Source: an uncultured Aliarcobacter sp. (GTDB lineage Bacteria; Campylobacterota; Campylobacteria; Campylobacterales; Arcobacteraceae). From it: a DNA stretch of 64,000 bases. Shown here one piece after another: positions 30,217 through 39,464 of this stretch. The stretch's first letter is position 1. Each line of letters opens with the position of its first letter. The translations under genes were made by a program, and so were the position numbers. The notes under the pieces are model-generated. The model worked only from the letters and a program-made list of their open reading frames with translations, had not been told where the DNA came from and ran no database searches. Where the stretch lies: contig OY781945.1 of the NCBI GenBank assembly GCA_963677435.1, positions 1,248,001-1,312,000 on the forward strand, written 5' to 3'.

Positions 30217-32349
30217 TTGAAAAATAATATATTAACAAATGAAGATACAGTGAATTCTATATCTTCATTATTGAATCCTAAATCAGTAGTGATATTAGGT
30301 GCATCTGAAAAAATGGGTTCGTCAGCTAGAAATATTATTAATAATCTACTAAAAAATGGCTATAAAGGTGAAATTCACCTTTTAGGTCGTAATGAGGGTG
30401 ATATTGATGGAATAAAAATTCTAACTGATATTAATTTACTTCCTAAAGGCATAGATTTAGGAATATTAGCAATACCTGCAAATAGTGTTTATGATGCATT
30501 AGTTGATTTAAAAAAAGCTGATGTAAAAACAGCAACTTGCCTTTCTTCAGGATTTGGAGAATTGGGTGAAGAAGGTCTTGCTTTAGAGAAAAGAATAGGT
30601 GCATTTGCCTATGAAAATAATATAAGAATGATTGGACCAAATTGTATTGGATATTTTAATTATATTGATGATTTCCATTTAGCTATTATTGATATGCCAA
30701 AACAAGTACCTTTTGATAAATCAGGTTCAAAAGGTATTGCAATAGTAACTCAAAGTGGTGGAATAGGTATGTTTATTGGTCAATCTTTTGGAACAAGAGG
30801 AGTACCAACTACTTATTCTGTAACAATTGGAAATCAAGCTGATATAAAATTATCTGATGTATTAGATTTTTTTATTGAAGATGAATATACAAGTGCAATT
30901 GCTATTTATGCAGAAGAGATTAAAAATCCAAAAAAATTGCTTGAAGTAGTTAAAAAAGCAAATGAAAAAAAGAAAAATATTATTTTAATGCATTCAGGAC
31001 GAAGTGAAGCTTCAAGAAGTATCACTCAATCACATACTGGATCACTTACAGCTGATTATGATTTAATGAAAATTAAACTTGTAAACGCAGGGGTTGCGAT
31101 AGTTGATAGTTTAGAAGAGTTAATTACATTAAGTGAACTGTTATTAAGATTTCCAGAACCAGTTTTAGGTGAGATTGGATTACTTACTCACTCAGGTGCT
31201 GTATGTGCTATTGCTTCTGATCATTTTGAAGATCATGGATTAGTTATGGCTACTCTTTCAGCAGATGTTCAAGAGAAATTAAAAGAGATTTTACCTGCAT
31301 ATTTACCAGCAAGAAATCCTCTTGATTTAGGTATTGAAACAAGTAAAGATCCATCATTAGTTGGGAATGGGTTAAAATTATTATCAAGTGAACCAAAAAT
31401 TGGAAGTACAATCGCCATATTACCAATTGACCAAAGTTTAGATATTAAATTAAAATATTTGGAAGGATTTATTGAAAATACTAAGAAAAATCCACATAAA
31501 CCATCTATTTATGTAGCATTAAATGAATCTGGTAAATTTGAAGAAGAGTTCGAAAAACTTGCTAGAGAAAATGGTGTTGTTTTTGGTAAATCTTTAAGTA
31601 GTGCGATTAGAATATTATCTAATTTGAATAAATTATGTGTAAACAGAAATAAACAAAGAAGAGAAATAGTTAAAAAACCTTTAGAATTATTAAACACATT
31701 ACCAAGTGGAAATGTTGTTGAATATAAAGGTAAAGAGATACTTAAAGAACTTGGTATTTGTATTCCTAATGGAAGATTAGCTAAAAATGTAGAAGAAGCA
31801 ATTACAATTGCAAATGAAATATCTTATCCAGTAGTTGTAAAAGCGCAAGCTGCAAAGTTAGCTCATAAAACAGATTCAGGTGGAGTTTTATTAAATATTA
31901 AAAATGATAGACAGTTAAAAACAACTTTTACTAAAATGTCTAAAGATATGACAGCACTTGGTGTTGACATTGATGGACTTTTAATAGAATCAATGGAAAC
32001 GCCAGCTCTTGAAATCGTAATTGGAGCAAGAAGAGATAATCAATGGGGCACTGTAGTTTTAGTAGGTGTTGGTGGTATTTGGATTGAAACATTAAAAGAT
32101 TATTGTTTAATCACTCCTGATTTAGGTATTGATGCAATTATTGAATCAATATATTCATTAAAATCTACAGCTTTATTAAAAGGTGTTAGAGGTAGCAAAG
32201 CAGTTGATGTAAATGCAATTGCTCAAGTTGTTATGAAAATAGGTGATTTAATTGTTTCAAATGACAGAATATCTGAAATTGAAATTAATCCTCTTATTGC
32301 AAGACATGAAGGTGTACTAGCTTTAGATGCACTGATTGTATTAGATTAA
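30217..32349 (+). CDS. NDP-forming acyl-CoA synthetase, FerA-like feruloyl-CoA ligase
   Basis: CoA-binding N-terminus (GPNCIG, QSGG), SHTGSL phospho-His, ATP-grasp (HKTDSGGV, EINPL); context. Confidence 0.8.
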   Translation: MKNNILTNEDTVNSISSLLNPKSVVILGASEKMGSSARNIINNLLKNGYKGEIHLLGRNEGDIDGIKILTDINLLPKGIDLGILAIPANSVYDALVDLKKADVKTATCLSSGFGELGEEGLALEKRIGAFAYENNIRMIGPNCIGYFNYIDDFHLAIIDMPKQVPFDKSGSKGIAIVTQSGGIGMFIGQSFGTRGVPTTYSVTIGNQADIKLSDVLDFFIEDEYTSAIAIYAEEIKNPKKLLEVVKKANEKKKNIILMHSGRSEASRSITQSHTGSLTADYDLMKIKLVNAGVAIVDSLEELITLSELLLRFPEPVLGEIGLLTHSGAVCAIASDHFEDHGLVMATLSADVQEKLKEILPAYLPARNPLDLGIETSKDPSLVGNGLKLLSSEPKIGSTIAILPIDQSLDIKLKYLEGFIENTKKNPHKPSIYVALNESGKFEEEFEKLARENGVVFGKSLSSAIRILSNLNKLCVNRNKQRREIVKKPLELLNTLPSGNVVEYKGKEILKELGICIPNGRLAKNVEEAITIANEISYPVVVKAQAAKLAHKTDSGGVLLNIKNDRQLKTTFTKMSKDMTALGVDIDGLLIESMETPALEIVIGARRDNQWGTVVLVGVGGIWIETLKDYCLITPDLGIDAIIESIYSLKSTALLKGVRGSKAVDVNAIAQVVMKIGDLIVSNDRISEIEINPLIARHEGVLALDALIVLD

Positions 32350-32353
32350 TATA

Positions 32354-32390
32354 AATATAAGCATTTTTTATAAAATGCTTATATTCTCTT
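32354..32390 (+). terminator. Terminator of the hydroxycinnamate operon
   Basis: AATATAAGCATTTT-ttat-AAAATGCTTATATT then CTCTTTTTT. Confidence 0.65.
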
Positions 32391-32477
32391 TTTTTTAAAT
32401 ACAAATCTTTTTTATTTTTAAGTAAAATTCAAACTCAATATTAATAATAATTTTTAAAAATCATTAAATTTTTCAAA

Positions 32478-32573
32478 ATGCTATTTTGATGCTACTATTC
32501 CCTTGAAATAGGACTTTAAAGCTTAAGCATAAATTAAAAATATACTTGTTATAGTTTTCGTACAAATGTTCGA
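32478..32573 (+). promoter_or_regulatory. Third copy of the composite promoter, upstream of the AraC gene
   Basis: ATGCTATTTTGATGCTA ... TGTTATAGT 69 bp downstream ... CGTACAAATGTTCGA; central palindrome reduced to GCTTAAGC. Confidence 0.7.
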
Positions 32574-32593
32574 TAATAAAAAAGGAACTAAAA

Positions 32594-33520
32594 ATGACGA
32601 TTAGTATTGCATATATAAAAGAGCTTTTTAATAATGGTGTTAAAGATTATCAAAAGATAATTGATACAAAGTTTATTCCAAATTATGAAATTACTTCTCA
32701 CAAGCAAATAAGACTTTCAATAATAAGTGAAAGATGTAAAAATGCAAATATTCCAATCCATAGACACAAATATTTTGAAATTGTTGTTGTAACAAAAGCT
32801 AAAGAAGGAGATCATTCTCATGAAATAGATTTTGTTGAGTATCCTTTAAAAGCTGGTTATATTTATTTTATATATCCTAATCAAACTCATAAATGGAATA
32901 TAAAAGAGTACAAAGAAGAATTTGATGGATATATTTTAAATTTTAATGAAGCCTTTTTACTTGAAAATGGAACTAATATAAAACATCTTTTATCAAAACT
33001 TTTTAATTCTTATGAAAATAACCCTTATATCAAATATAAAGAAAATGAGTTTGAATCATTTTTTTCTCTTATGCAAATATTCGAGAAAGAATATAACAAA
33101 GATATACAAAATAATTCTATATTAAGATCACTTCTTGAAACTCTTTTATTTTATATGGAAGAATTGAAAATAGAATCAAATAAAATATTAGATATAAATT
33201 TTCAAAAATTAACAACACTAAAAAACCTAATAGAAGAAAACTATAAAAAAGAAAAAAATAGTGATTTTTATGCAAGAAAAATGCAACTCTCATCAAAAAG
33301 ATTAAATGAAATAGTTAAAAAAGTTTCAGGATATACAATCACCCAAATGATTCATACAAGATTAGTTTTAGAAGCTAAAAGAGAGATGGTATCACAAAAC
33401 AAAACTATTCAAGCGATATCCGAAGAATTGGGTTTTGAGAATCCTTCATACTTTTCAAGATTTTTTAAAAAGTATGAAAATCTAACACCAAAAGAGTATT
33501 CAAAGAAATTGTTAAAATAG
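32594..33520 (+). CDS. AraC-family regulator
   Basis: Cupin HRHKYFEI N-terminus; ISEELGFENPSYFSRFFKK. Confidence 0.92.
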   Translation: MTISIAYIKELFNNGVKDYQKIIDTKFIPNYEITSHKQIRLSIISERCKNANIPIHRHKYFEIVVVTKAKEGDHSHEIDFVEYPLKAGYIYFIYPNQTHKWNIKEYKEEFDGYILNFNEAFLLENGTNIKHLLSKLFNSYENNPYIKYKENEFESFFSLMQIFEKEYNKDIQNNSILRSLLETLLFYMEELKIESNKILDINFQKLTTLKNLIEENYKKEKNSDFYARKMQLSSKRLNEIVKKVSGYTITQMIHTRLVLEAKREMVSQNKTIQAISEELGFENPSYFSRFFKKYENLTPKEYSKKLLK

Positions 33521-33574
33521 TGTCAGAAATTGTTCAAATTATGACTTCAATTTACTTTTTATAGTTGTTATACT
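33504..33574 (+). promoter_or_regulatory. Candidate AraC tandem sites and promoter for the dioxygenase operon
   Basis: AGAAATTGTT repeated at 33504 and 33525 (21-bp period); TGTTATACT extended -10 at 33566-33574. Confidence 0.6.
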
Positions 33575-33606
33575 TTACTTATAAATAATTAATAAAGGAC
33601 AAAAAA

Positions 33607-34518
33607 ATGAGTATTGTACACCCTACAGGATTATTTGATAATAGTGCAAAAAACTATAAAAACATTAAAGTTACACCAATTGCAGCAGCAATGGGTGCAG
33701 AGATAAGTGGAGTTGATTTAAGTAATTTTAATGATGAAACTAGAGATGAAATAGCAGATGCTTTATATAGACATAAATTAATAATCTTTAGAGACCAAGA
33801 AATCACTTTTACTGATCATGAAAATATTACACTTAGATTTGGTGAATTTGGGACGGATGCTTATACAAAAGGTGTAGAGGGTCATGAAAATATACAACCA
33901 GTTATAAAAGAAAAAGAGACAAAAACTAAAATGGTTTTTGGTAGTGGTTGGCATACAGACTCAGTATTTCTTGAATGTCCTCCTTCAATTGCTTTTAACT
34001 ATGGAAAAGATATGCCTCCATATGGTGGTGATACGCTATATGCAAATACAGTATTAGCATATAAAAGTTTAAGTCCTGCAATGCAAGAAATGATTGCGCC
34101 ACTAAAAGTATGGATGAGTGGAAAAAGAGTTGTTGAGCAAATTTATTCAGAACAAAATAATGAAGGTCAAATTAAAAACTTTGGAAATATGGAATTTGAT
34201 GTTAATACTCAAAATATGATTAAAGGTGCATACCATCCACTAGTAAGAACACACCCAGTGACAGGTGAAAAATCACTTTTTGTAGATAAAACATATTCAT
34301 GTGGTATTGAGGGTATGACTGAAGAAGAGGCAATGCCATTAATAAATTTCTTATCTGATTTTGCGACACAAGAATCTTTTTGTTGTAGATTAAAGTGGTA
34401 TTCAAAAACATTTATCATGTGGGATAATAGAATTTGTTTACACCAAGCTTTCAATGACTATGAAGGTTTTAGAAGAGAGATGTATAGAACAACAAATATG
34501 GGCGAAAGACCAGAATAA
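33607..34518 (+). CDS. Fe(II)/2-oxoglutarate dioxygenase, TauD/TfdA family (RdpA-like)
   Basis: WHTDSVFLECPP, GGDTLYAN, HPLVRTHPVTG, WDNRICLH, RTT. Confidence 0.85.
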   Translation: MSIVHPTGLFDNSAKNYKNIKVTPIAAAMGAEISGVDLSNFNDETRDEIADALYRHKLIIFRDQEITFTDHENITLRFGEFGTDAYTKGVEGHENIQPVIKEKETKTKMVFGSGWHTDSVFLECPPSIAFNYGKDMPPYGGDTLYANTVLAYKSLSPAMQEMIAPLKVWMSGKRVVEQIYSEQNNEGQIKNFGNMEFDVNTQNMIKGAYHPLVRTHPVTGEKSLFVDKTYSCGIEGMTEEEAMPLINFLSDFATQESFCCRLKWYSKTFIMWDNRICLHQAFNDYEGFRREMYRTTNMGERPE

Positions 34519-34530
34519 AAGGGATATAAA

Positions 34531-35310
34531 ATGGAAGATATTTTTGAATCAACAGTTATCCCTACTGGATACAGTGAAGTTGAATGGAAAGCTAGAGTTG
34601 ATTTAGCCTTATGTTATAGAATGGTTGATTATTATGGTTGGACAACACAAGTTTACAATCATATTTCATATAGAATTCCAGGAACAGAGCATATTTTAAT
34701 TAATGCTTTTGGTTTATTATATAGTGAAATAAAACCATCAAACTTAGTAAAAATAGATTTAGATGGAAATAAAATAGATGATTCACCTTATCCAATAAAT
34801 GAAGCTGGAATTGTGATACATACAGCAATTCATAAAGCAAGACCAGAAATAAACTGTGTAATGCATACACATAATGTAGATGTTCAAGCAGTTAGTGCAT
34901 TAAAATGTGGATTTATTCCTTTAATACAAGAGGCTTATATGTTCTATGAAAGAATAGGTTATCACGACTTTGAAGGAATAGTTTTAGATGAGGCTGAACA
35001 AGCAAGATTATTAGCTTCTATGGGACCTACGAATCATACTTTGATGCTTCATAATCATGGAGTTGTTACAACAGGATCTGATGTTGCTTGGGCATTTATG
35101 AGAATGTTTCAAATAATACAAGGTTCAAAAGTTCAACTAAAAGCTATGTCAACAGGAGCTGAACTTATAGAAGTAAGTGTTGATGCGATGGAAAGAACTA
35201 GGGAACAATTTGAAGGTGGTGCAGCACAAGCTGGAGCACAAGTTAGACTGCCAGAATGGCCAGCATATTATCGATTGATGAAAAGAATTGATCCTTCTTG
35301 GAACAAATAG
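34531..35310 (+). CDS. Class II aldolase/adducin-family protein, copy 1
   Basis: YNHISYRIPG, IHTAIH, CVMHTH, LHNHG metal-binding motifs. Confidence 0.88.
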   Translation: MEDIFESTVIPTGYSEVEWKARVDLALCYRMVDYYGWTTQVYNHISYRIPGTEHILINAFGLLYSEIKPSNLVKIDLDGNKIDDSPYPINEAGIVIHTAIHKARPEINCVMHTHNVDVQAVSALKCGFIPLIQEAYMFYERIGYHDFEGIVLDEAEQARLLASMGPTNHTLMLHNHGVVTTGSDVAWAFMRMFQIIQGSKVQLKAMSTGAELIEVSVDAMERTREQFEGGAAQAGAQVRLPEWPAYYRLMKRIDPSWNK

Positions 35311-35331
35311 TAAATAAAAAAAGGAAAATAA

Positions 35332-36111
35332 ATGGAAGATATTTTTGAATCAGGTGTTGTTCCAGCTGGATACAGTGAAGTTGAATGGAAAGCCAGAGTT
35401 GAATTAACTTTATGTTATAGATTGGTTGATTATTTTGGATGGACAACACAAGTTTATAATCATATTTCATACAGAATACCAGGAACTGAGCATATTTTAA
35501 TAAATGCCTTTGGACTTTTATATAGTGAGATTACTCCTTCAAATTTGGTAAAAATAGATTTAGAAGGAAATAAAGTTGATGATTCTGTTTATCCAATAAA
35601 TGCAGCAGGAATAGTAATTCATACCGCAATTCACCAAGGAAGACCAGATATCAACTGTGTAATGCACACACATAATATTGATGTTCAAGCTGTAAGTGCA
35701 TTAAAATGTGGATTTATTCCTTTGATGCAAGAGAGTTATCAATTCCATGACAGAATAGGATATCACCATTTTGAGGGAATTGTTTTAGATGAAAATGAAA
35801 AAACAAGATTACTAAGTGCAATGGGTGGAAAAAATCATACTTTAATACTTCATAATCATGGTGTTGTTACAACAGGAGTAGATGTATCTTGGGCATTTGA
35901 ATTAATGTTTCAAATAATAAGAGGATGTGAAGTACAACTAAAAGCTATGTCAAGTGGTGGAAAATTACACCAAGCAAGTAAAGAGGCTATCTTAAAAACT
36001 TTAGCGCAATTTGAAGGTGGGGATTCTTCATGTGGGGCACATGTTGCACTTCCTGCTTGGCCAGCATATGCACGGATGATGTCAAAAATCGATCCTAATT
36101 GGAATAAATAA
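35332..36111 (+). CDS. Class II aldolase/adducin-family protein, copy 2
   Basis: Same length (259 aa) and motifs as copy 1; diverges mainly in the C-terminal third. Confidence 0.88.
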   Translation: MEDIFESGVVPAGYSEVEWKARVELTLCYRLVDYFGWTTQVYNHISYRIPGTEHILINAFGLLYSEITPSNLVKIDLEGNKVDDSVYPINAAGIVIHTAIHQGRPDINCVMHTHNIDVQAVSALKCGFIPLMQESYQFHDRIGYHHFEGIVLDENEKTRLLSAMGGKNHTLILHNHGVVTTGVDVSWAFELMFQIIRGCEVQLKAMSSGGKLHQASKEAILKTLAQFEGGDSSCGAHVALPAWPAYARMMSKIDPNWNK

Positions 36112-36129
36112 AAATATAAAGGTTAAATC

Positions 36130-37170
36130 ATGAAAATTATAATACAAAAAGGAGCTATATTAATAGCTAGTTCAATGTTAATGATTGGCTCACTTTGGGG
36201 AAGTGAAAATAGTCAAAAATCTATTACTTTAACTCTTCATACATTTTTAAGTTCAAATGCACCACCTACTGCACAATTATTAGAGCCATGGGCAAGAAAT
36301 GTTGAGAAACTTTCAAAAGGTAAACTTAAAATTGAACTTTATCCATCAATGAGTATGGGTGGGAAACCAAATGAACTTTATGGTCAAGCAAAAGATGGAA
36401 CAGCTGATATTGTTTACACAGTTGCTGGATATACTCCAGGTGTTTTCCCAAGAAGTGAAATATTTGAATTACCAACTATAATGACTAATTCAAGTTTAAA
36501 TACAGCAACAGCCGCTTATGAAAACTTTGATTTAATAAAAGATGATTTTAAAAAAGTTAAAGCTCTTTTAATCGCATTATCTGGACCTATGCAGTTACAT
36601 ACTCCAACTAAAAAAATTACAAAATTTGAAGACTTACAAGGTTTAAAACTCAGAGCACCTTCAAGAACTGGTGGATGGTATATAGAAGAGTTAGGTGCTG
36701 AACCAGTTGGAATGCCTTTACCAGATGTTGCACAAGCTTTTTCTAAAAGTGCAATAGATGGTGCTGCTTTACCAATGGAAATTTTTCCAGCATTTAAATT
36801 TCAAGATTTAACTAAATATACTACTGAAATCAATGGTGGTGGAGGTTTTGGTGGGTCTGTTTTACTTTTACTTATGAATCAAGAGAAGTATGACAGTTTA
36901 CCAAAAGAGTTACAAGAAGTTATTGATGCAAGTACTGGTATTCCATTGATTGAGAAATTCTCAAAATTGGCTGCTGATTTTGAAGTTATTGGAAAAGATT
37001 TACAAATCAAATCTGGTGGAGAAGTTAATACTTTAAGTGCTGAAGAGACTAAAAAATTTGATGCAGCAGGAGAAAGAGTTGTAAAAAGATGGGTTAAAGA
37101 GATGCAAGAAAAAGGTATCAATGGACAAGAAATTGTTGATGCTGTAAAAAAATCTTTAGATAAAAAATAA
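36130..37170 (+). CDS. dctP: TRAP substrate-binding protein, orphan paralog 4
   Basis: Most similar to paralog 3 (shared GGGGFGGSVLLLLMN). Confidence 0.85.
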   Translation: MKIIIQKGAILIASSMLMIGSLWGSENSQKSITLTLHTFLSSNAPPTAQLLEPWARNVEKLSKGKLKIELYPSMSMGGKPNELYGQAKDGTADIVYTVAGYTPGVFPRSEIFELPTIMTNSSLNTATAAYENFDLIKDDFKKVKALLIALSGPMQLHTPTKKITKFEDLQGLKLRAPSRTGGWYIEELGAEPVGMPLPDVAQAFSKSAIDGAALPMEIFPAFKFQDLTKYTTEINGGGGFGGSVLLLLMNQEKYDSLPKELQEVIDASTGIPLIEKFSKLAADFEVIGKDLQIKSGGEVNTLSAEETKKFDAAGERVVKRWVKEMQEKGINGQEIVDAVKKSLDKK

Positions 37171-37178
37171 TCTACTAA

Positions 37179-37211
37179 ATAAATATAAGCATTTAATATG
37201 CTTATATTTAT
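37179..37211. terminator. Bidirectional terminator
   Basis: ATAAATATAAGCAT-ttaat-ATGCTTATATTTAT between convergent genes. Confidence 0.65.
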
Positions 37212-37215
37212 AAAA

Positions 37216-37644
37216 CTATTTATTCAAATCAATCACAGCTAAAGTAATTCTTGAAATACAAACTGCTTTATTTGTTTGTTTATGATTTATTCTTATTTCC
37301 CAAACCTGAGTTGTCTTACCTATATGAATTGGTGTTGCAACTCCAATTACATCACCATTTGCAACTCCACCAATATGATTTGCATTTATTTCTAATCCTA
37401 CAATTGTATGATTATCATCAACTGCAAGTGCTCCACCAATACTTCCCAATGTTTCTGCAAATAATACTGAAGAACCTCCATGTAAAAGACCTCGAACTTG
37501 ATGAGTTCTCTTATCTACTGGCATTTCACCAACTATTGTATTTTCGCCAACTTTAGTAATAACAATACCTAAACTTTCAGCTGCTGTATCTTTTGACATT
37601 GCATTAATTGATTCTAATGAAAATTCTTTTTTCCAAATACTCAA
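37216..37644 (-). CDS. Hotdog-fold (PaaI/MenI-like) aryl-CoA thioesterase
   Basis: HQVRGLLHGGSSVLFAETLGS, VGLEINANH, GKTTQVWEI; TTG start after AGGAG. Confidence 0.85.
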   Translation of the reverse strand: MSIWKKEFSLESINAMSKDTAAESLGIVITKVGENTIVGEMPVDKRTHQVRGLLHGGSSVLFAETLGSIGGALAVDDNHTIVGLEINANHIGGVANGDVIGVATPIHIGKTTQVWEIRINHKQTNKAVCISRITLAVIDLNK

Positions 37645-37679
37645 AATTTACTCCTTTTGTAACAATTTGTTATATTATT

Positions 37680-37713
37680 ATACTATATACGAACTTATGT
37701 TCGTATATAGTAT
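37680..37713. promoter_or_regulatory. Long palindromic operator between divergent thioesterase and DMT-IclR genes
   Basis: ATACTATATACGAAC-ttat-GTTCGTATATAGTAT, perfect 15-bp arms, TATAGT on both strands. Confidence 0.75.
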
Positions 37714-37763
37714 CTTATTAAGGAAATTTAAAATATAATCCCACAAATTATGGAGTAATATTT

Positions 37764-38648
37764 GTGAACAAAAAAATAAATCAGGGTGTTTTATATATGT
37801 TAATATCTTCAATTTGCTTATCATTTATGAGTGCAATTGCAAAAATATTAGCAAGTCATTTACCTATTATTGAAATTGTTTTTTTTAGAAATTTCATAGG
37901 TATTATTCTTATTCTGATGACTTTTTTTAAATCACCATTAAATCAAACAGGAGGAAAACCTTTACTTTTGTTTTTTAGAGCAACCGTTGGTTTAATTGCA
38001 ATGCTTAGTTTTTTTTATAATATTGCAAATATTACCCTTGCTGATGCTGTGATATATTCAAGAATGTCTCCAATTTTTACAGCAATTTTTGCTTTGTGGT
38101 TTTTAAGGGAAAAAATTGGTATAAAAGGTTGGTTTGCAATTTTTATTGGTTTTTGTGGAATGTTAATGGTAATGCAACCAAATGGATTGATTTTTGAAAA
38201 AGCTCATATCTTTGGACTGTTAAATGCAGTTTGTGCGGCTCTTGCTTTTACAAGTATAAGAGAGCTTAGAAGTTATTACGATACTCGTACAATTGTATTG
38301 AGTTTTATGGGAATAGGAACAATAGTTCCTATTATTTCAATGTTTTTATCTGCTTATTATCAAAGTGATTTTTTTAGTTTTATGATGGGTGAATTTATTA
38401 TGCCAGATTTATCAGATTGGATTTATATTTTTGCAATGGGACTTACAGCATCATTTGGACAAGTGTATATGACAAAAGCTTACGGAGTAACAAGAGCAGG
38501 AATTGTGGGAGCTACTGGTTATTCAGTAATTGTCTTTTCACTAATTATTGGTTTAATTTTAGGAGATGCTTTACCAAATATTTTGGGATTTATTGGGATT
38601 TTAGCTATTATTTCAGGAGGTATATTAATTGCGAGGGAAAAAAATTAA
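37764..38648 (+). CDS. DMT (EamA) family transporter
   Basis: About 10 TM segments; EIVFFRN, FLREKIG motifs. Confidence 0.85.
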   Translation: MNKKINQGVLYMLISSICLSFMSAIAKILASHLPIIEIVFFRNFIGIILILMTFFKSPLNQTGGKPLLLFFRATVGLIAMLSFFYNIANITLADAVIYSRMSPIFTAIFALWFLREKIGIKGWFAIFIGFCGMLMVMQPNGLIFEKAHIFGLLNAVCAALAFTSIRELRSYYDTRTIVLSFMGIGTIVPIISMFLSAYYQSDFFSFMMGEFIMPDLSDWIYIFAMGLTASFGQVYMTKAYGVTRAGIVGATGYSVIVFSLIIGLILGDALPNILGFIGILAIISGGILIAREKN

Positions 38649-38652
38649 AAAG

Positions 38653-39447
38653 ATGAATGATAATATTGATAATGAATCAGACAACAAAGAGATTGTAACG
38701 GCCTTTATAAAAGGCCTAAGTGTTATAACAGCTTTTGATCATGAAAATACAAGTATGACACTATCAGATGTTGCGAAAAAAGTAGATATCACACGAGCAA
38801 GTGCTAGAAGATTATTATTAACTTTAGAATCTTTAGGTTATGTAACACAAAATGATAATTATTTTTCTTTAACTCCAAAGGTTATAGATTTAGGTTATAG
38901 TTATTTTGCTTCACTTCCATGGACAGATTTAGCATATAAAAATATTAAAAAAGTAGTTGATGCATGTAAATTATCTTGTTCGGTTTCTATTTTAGATGGC
39001 TTAAATGTTATTTGTATTATGAGAGTAGCTGCAACAAGAATATTAAATGAAGGTATTCATGTTGGTACTAGATTACCAGCTGCTTATACAGCAACAGGTA
39101 GACTTTTTATGGCTCATATGGAAGAAAAAGAGTTATATGAATATATTTTACATCTACCTTTAAAAGCCCATACCGAAAAAAGTATTATTGATCCATATAA
39201 GTTATATGATCAAATAATTTCTGAAAAAAATCAAGGTTATCAAATGGTGGAAGAAGAGATAGAAGATGGTTTAGTCTCTCTTGCCGTTCCTATTTATAAT
39301 CGAGATAATAAAATGATAGGAGCTATGAATATAGGTTCTCATTTAAGTTATAAAAATACAAAAATGATAAAAGAAACAGTACTTCCTTTATTGCTTGAAG
39401 CTGCAAACGAAACATCTAAAGCAATTAAATTACTTCAACAGTATTAA
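38653..39447 (+). CDS. IclR-family regulator, PcaR/PcaU/PobR subfamily
   Basis: KGLSVITAFD...TLSDVAKKVDITRASARRLLLTLESLGYV, GTRLPAAYTATGR; start moved to ATG 38653. Confidence 0.85.
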   Translation: MNDNIDNESDNKEIVTAFIKGLSVITAFDHENTSMTLSDVAKKVDITRASARRLLLTLESLGYVTQNDNYFSLTPKVIDLGYSYFASLPWTDLAYKNIKKVVDACKLSCSVSILDGLNVICIMRVAATRILNEGIHVGTRLPAAYTATGRLFMAHMEEKELYEYILHLPLKAHTEKSIIDPYKLYDQIISEKNQGYQMVEEEIEDGLVSLAVPIYNRDNKMIGAMNIGSHLSYKNTKMIKETVLPLLLEAANETSKAIKLLQQY

Positions 39448-39464
39448 AAATTTAAGAAGATAAT

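Noticed and set aside
33607..34518. Calling the dioxygenase tauD (taurine dioxygenase)
   Set aside because: No sulfonate ABC transporter nearby; context is aromatic catabolism, so no gene symbol was given.
37690..37703. CGAAC-N4-GTTCG resembles the Gram-positive LexA (Cheo) box
   Set aside because: All copies lie at catabolic, transport or chemotaxis promoters and none at repair genes; an IclR operator explains them better.
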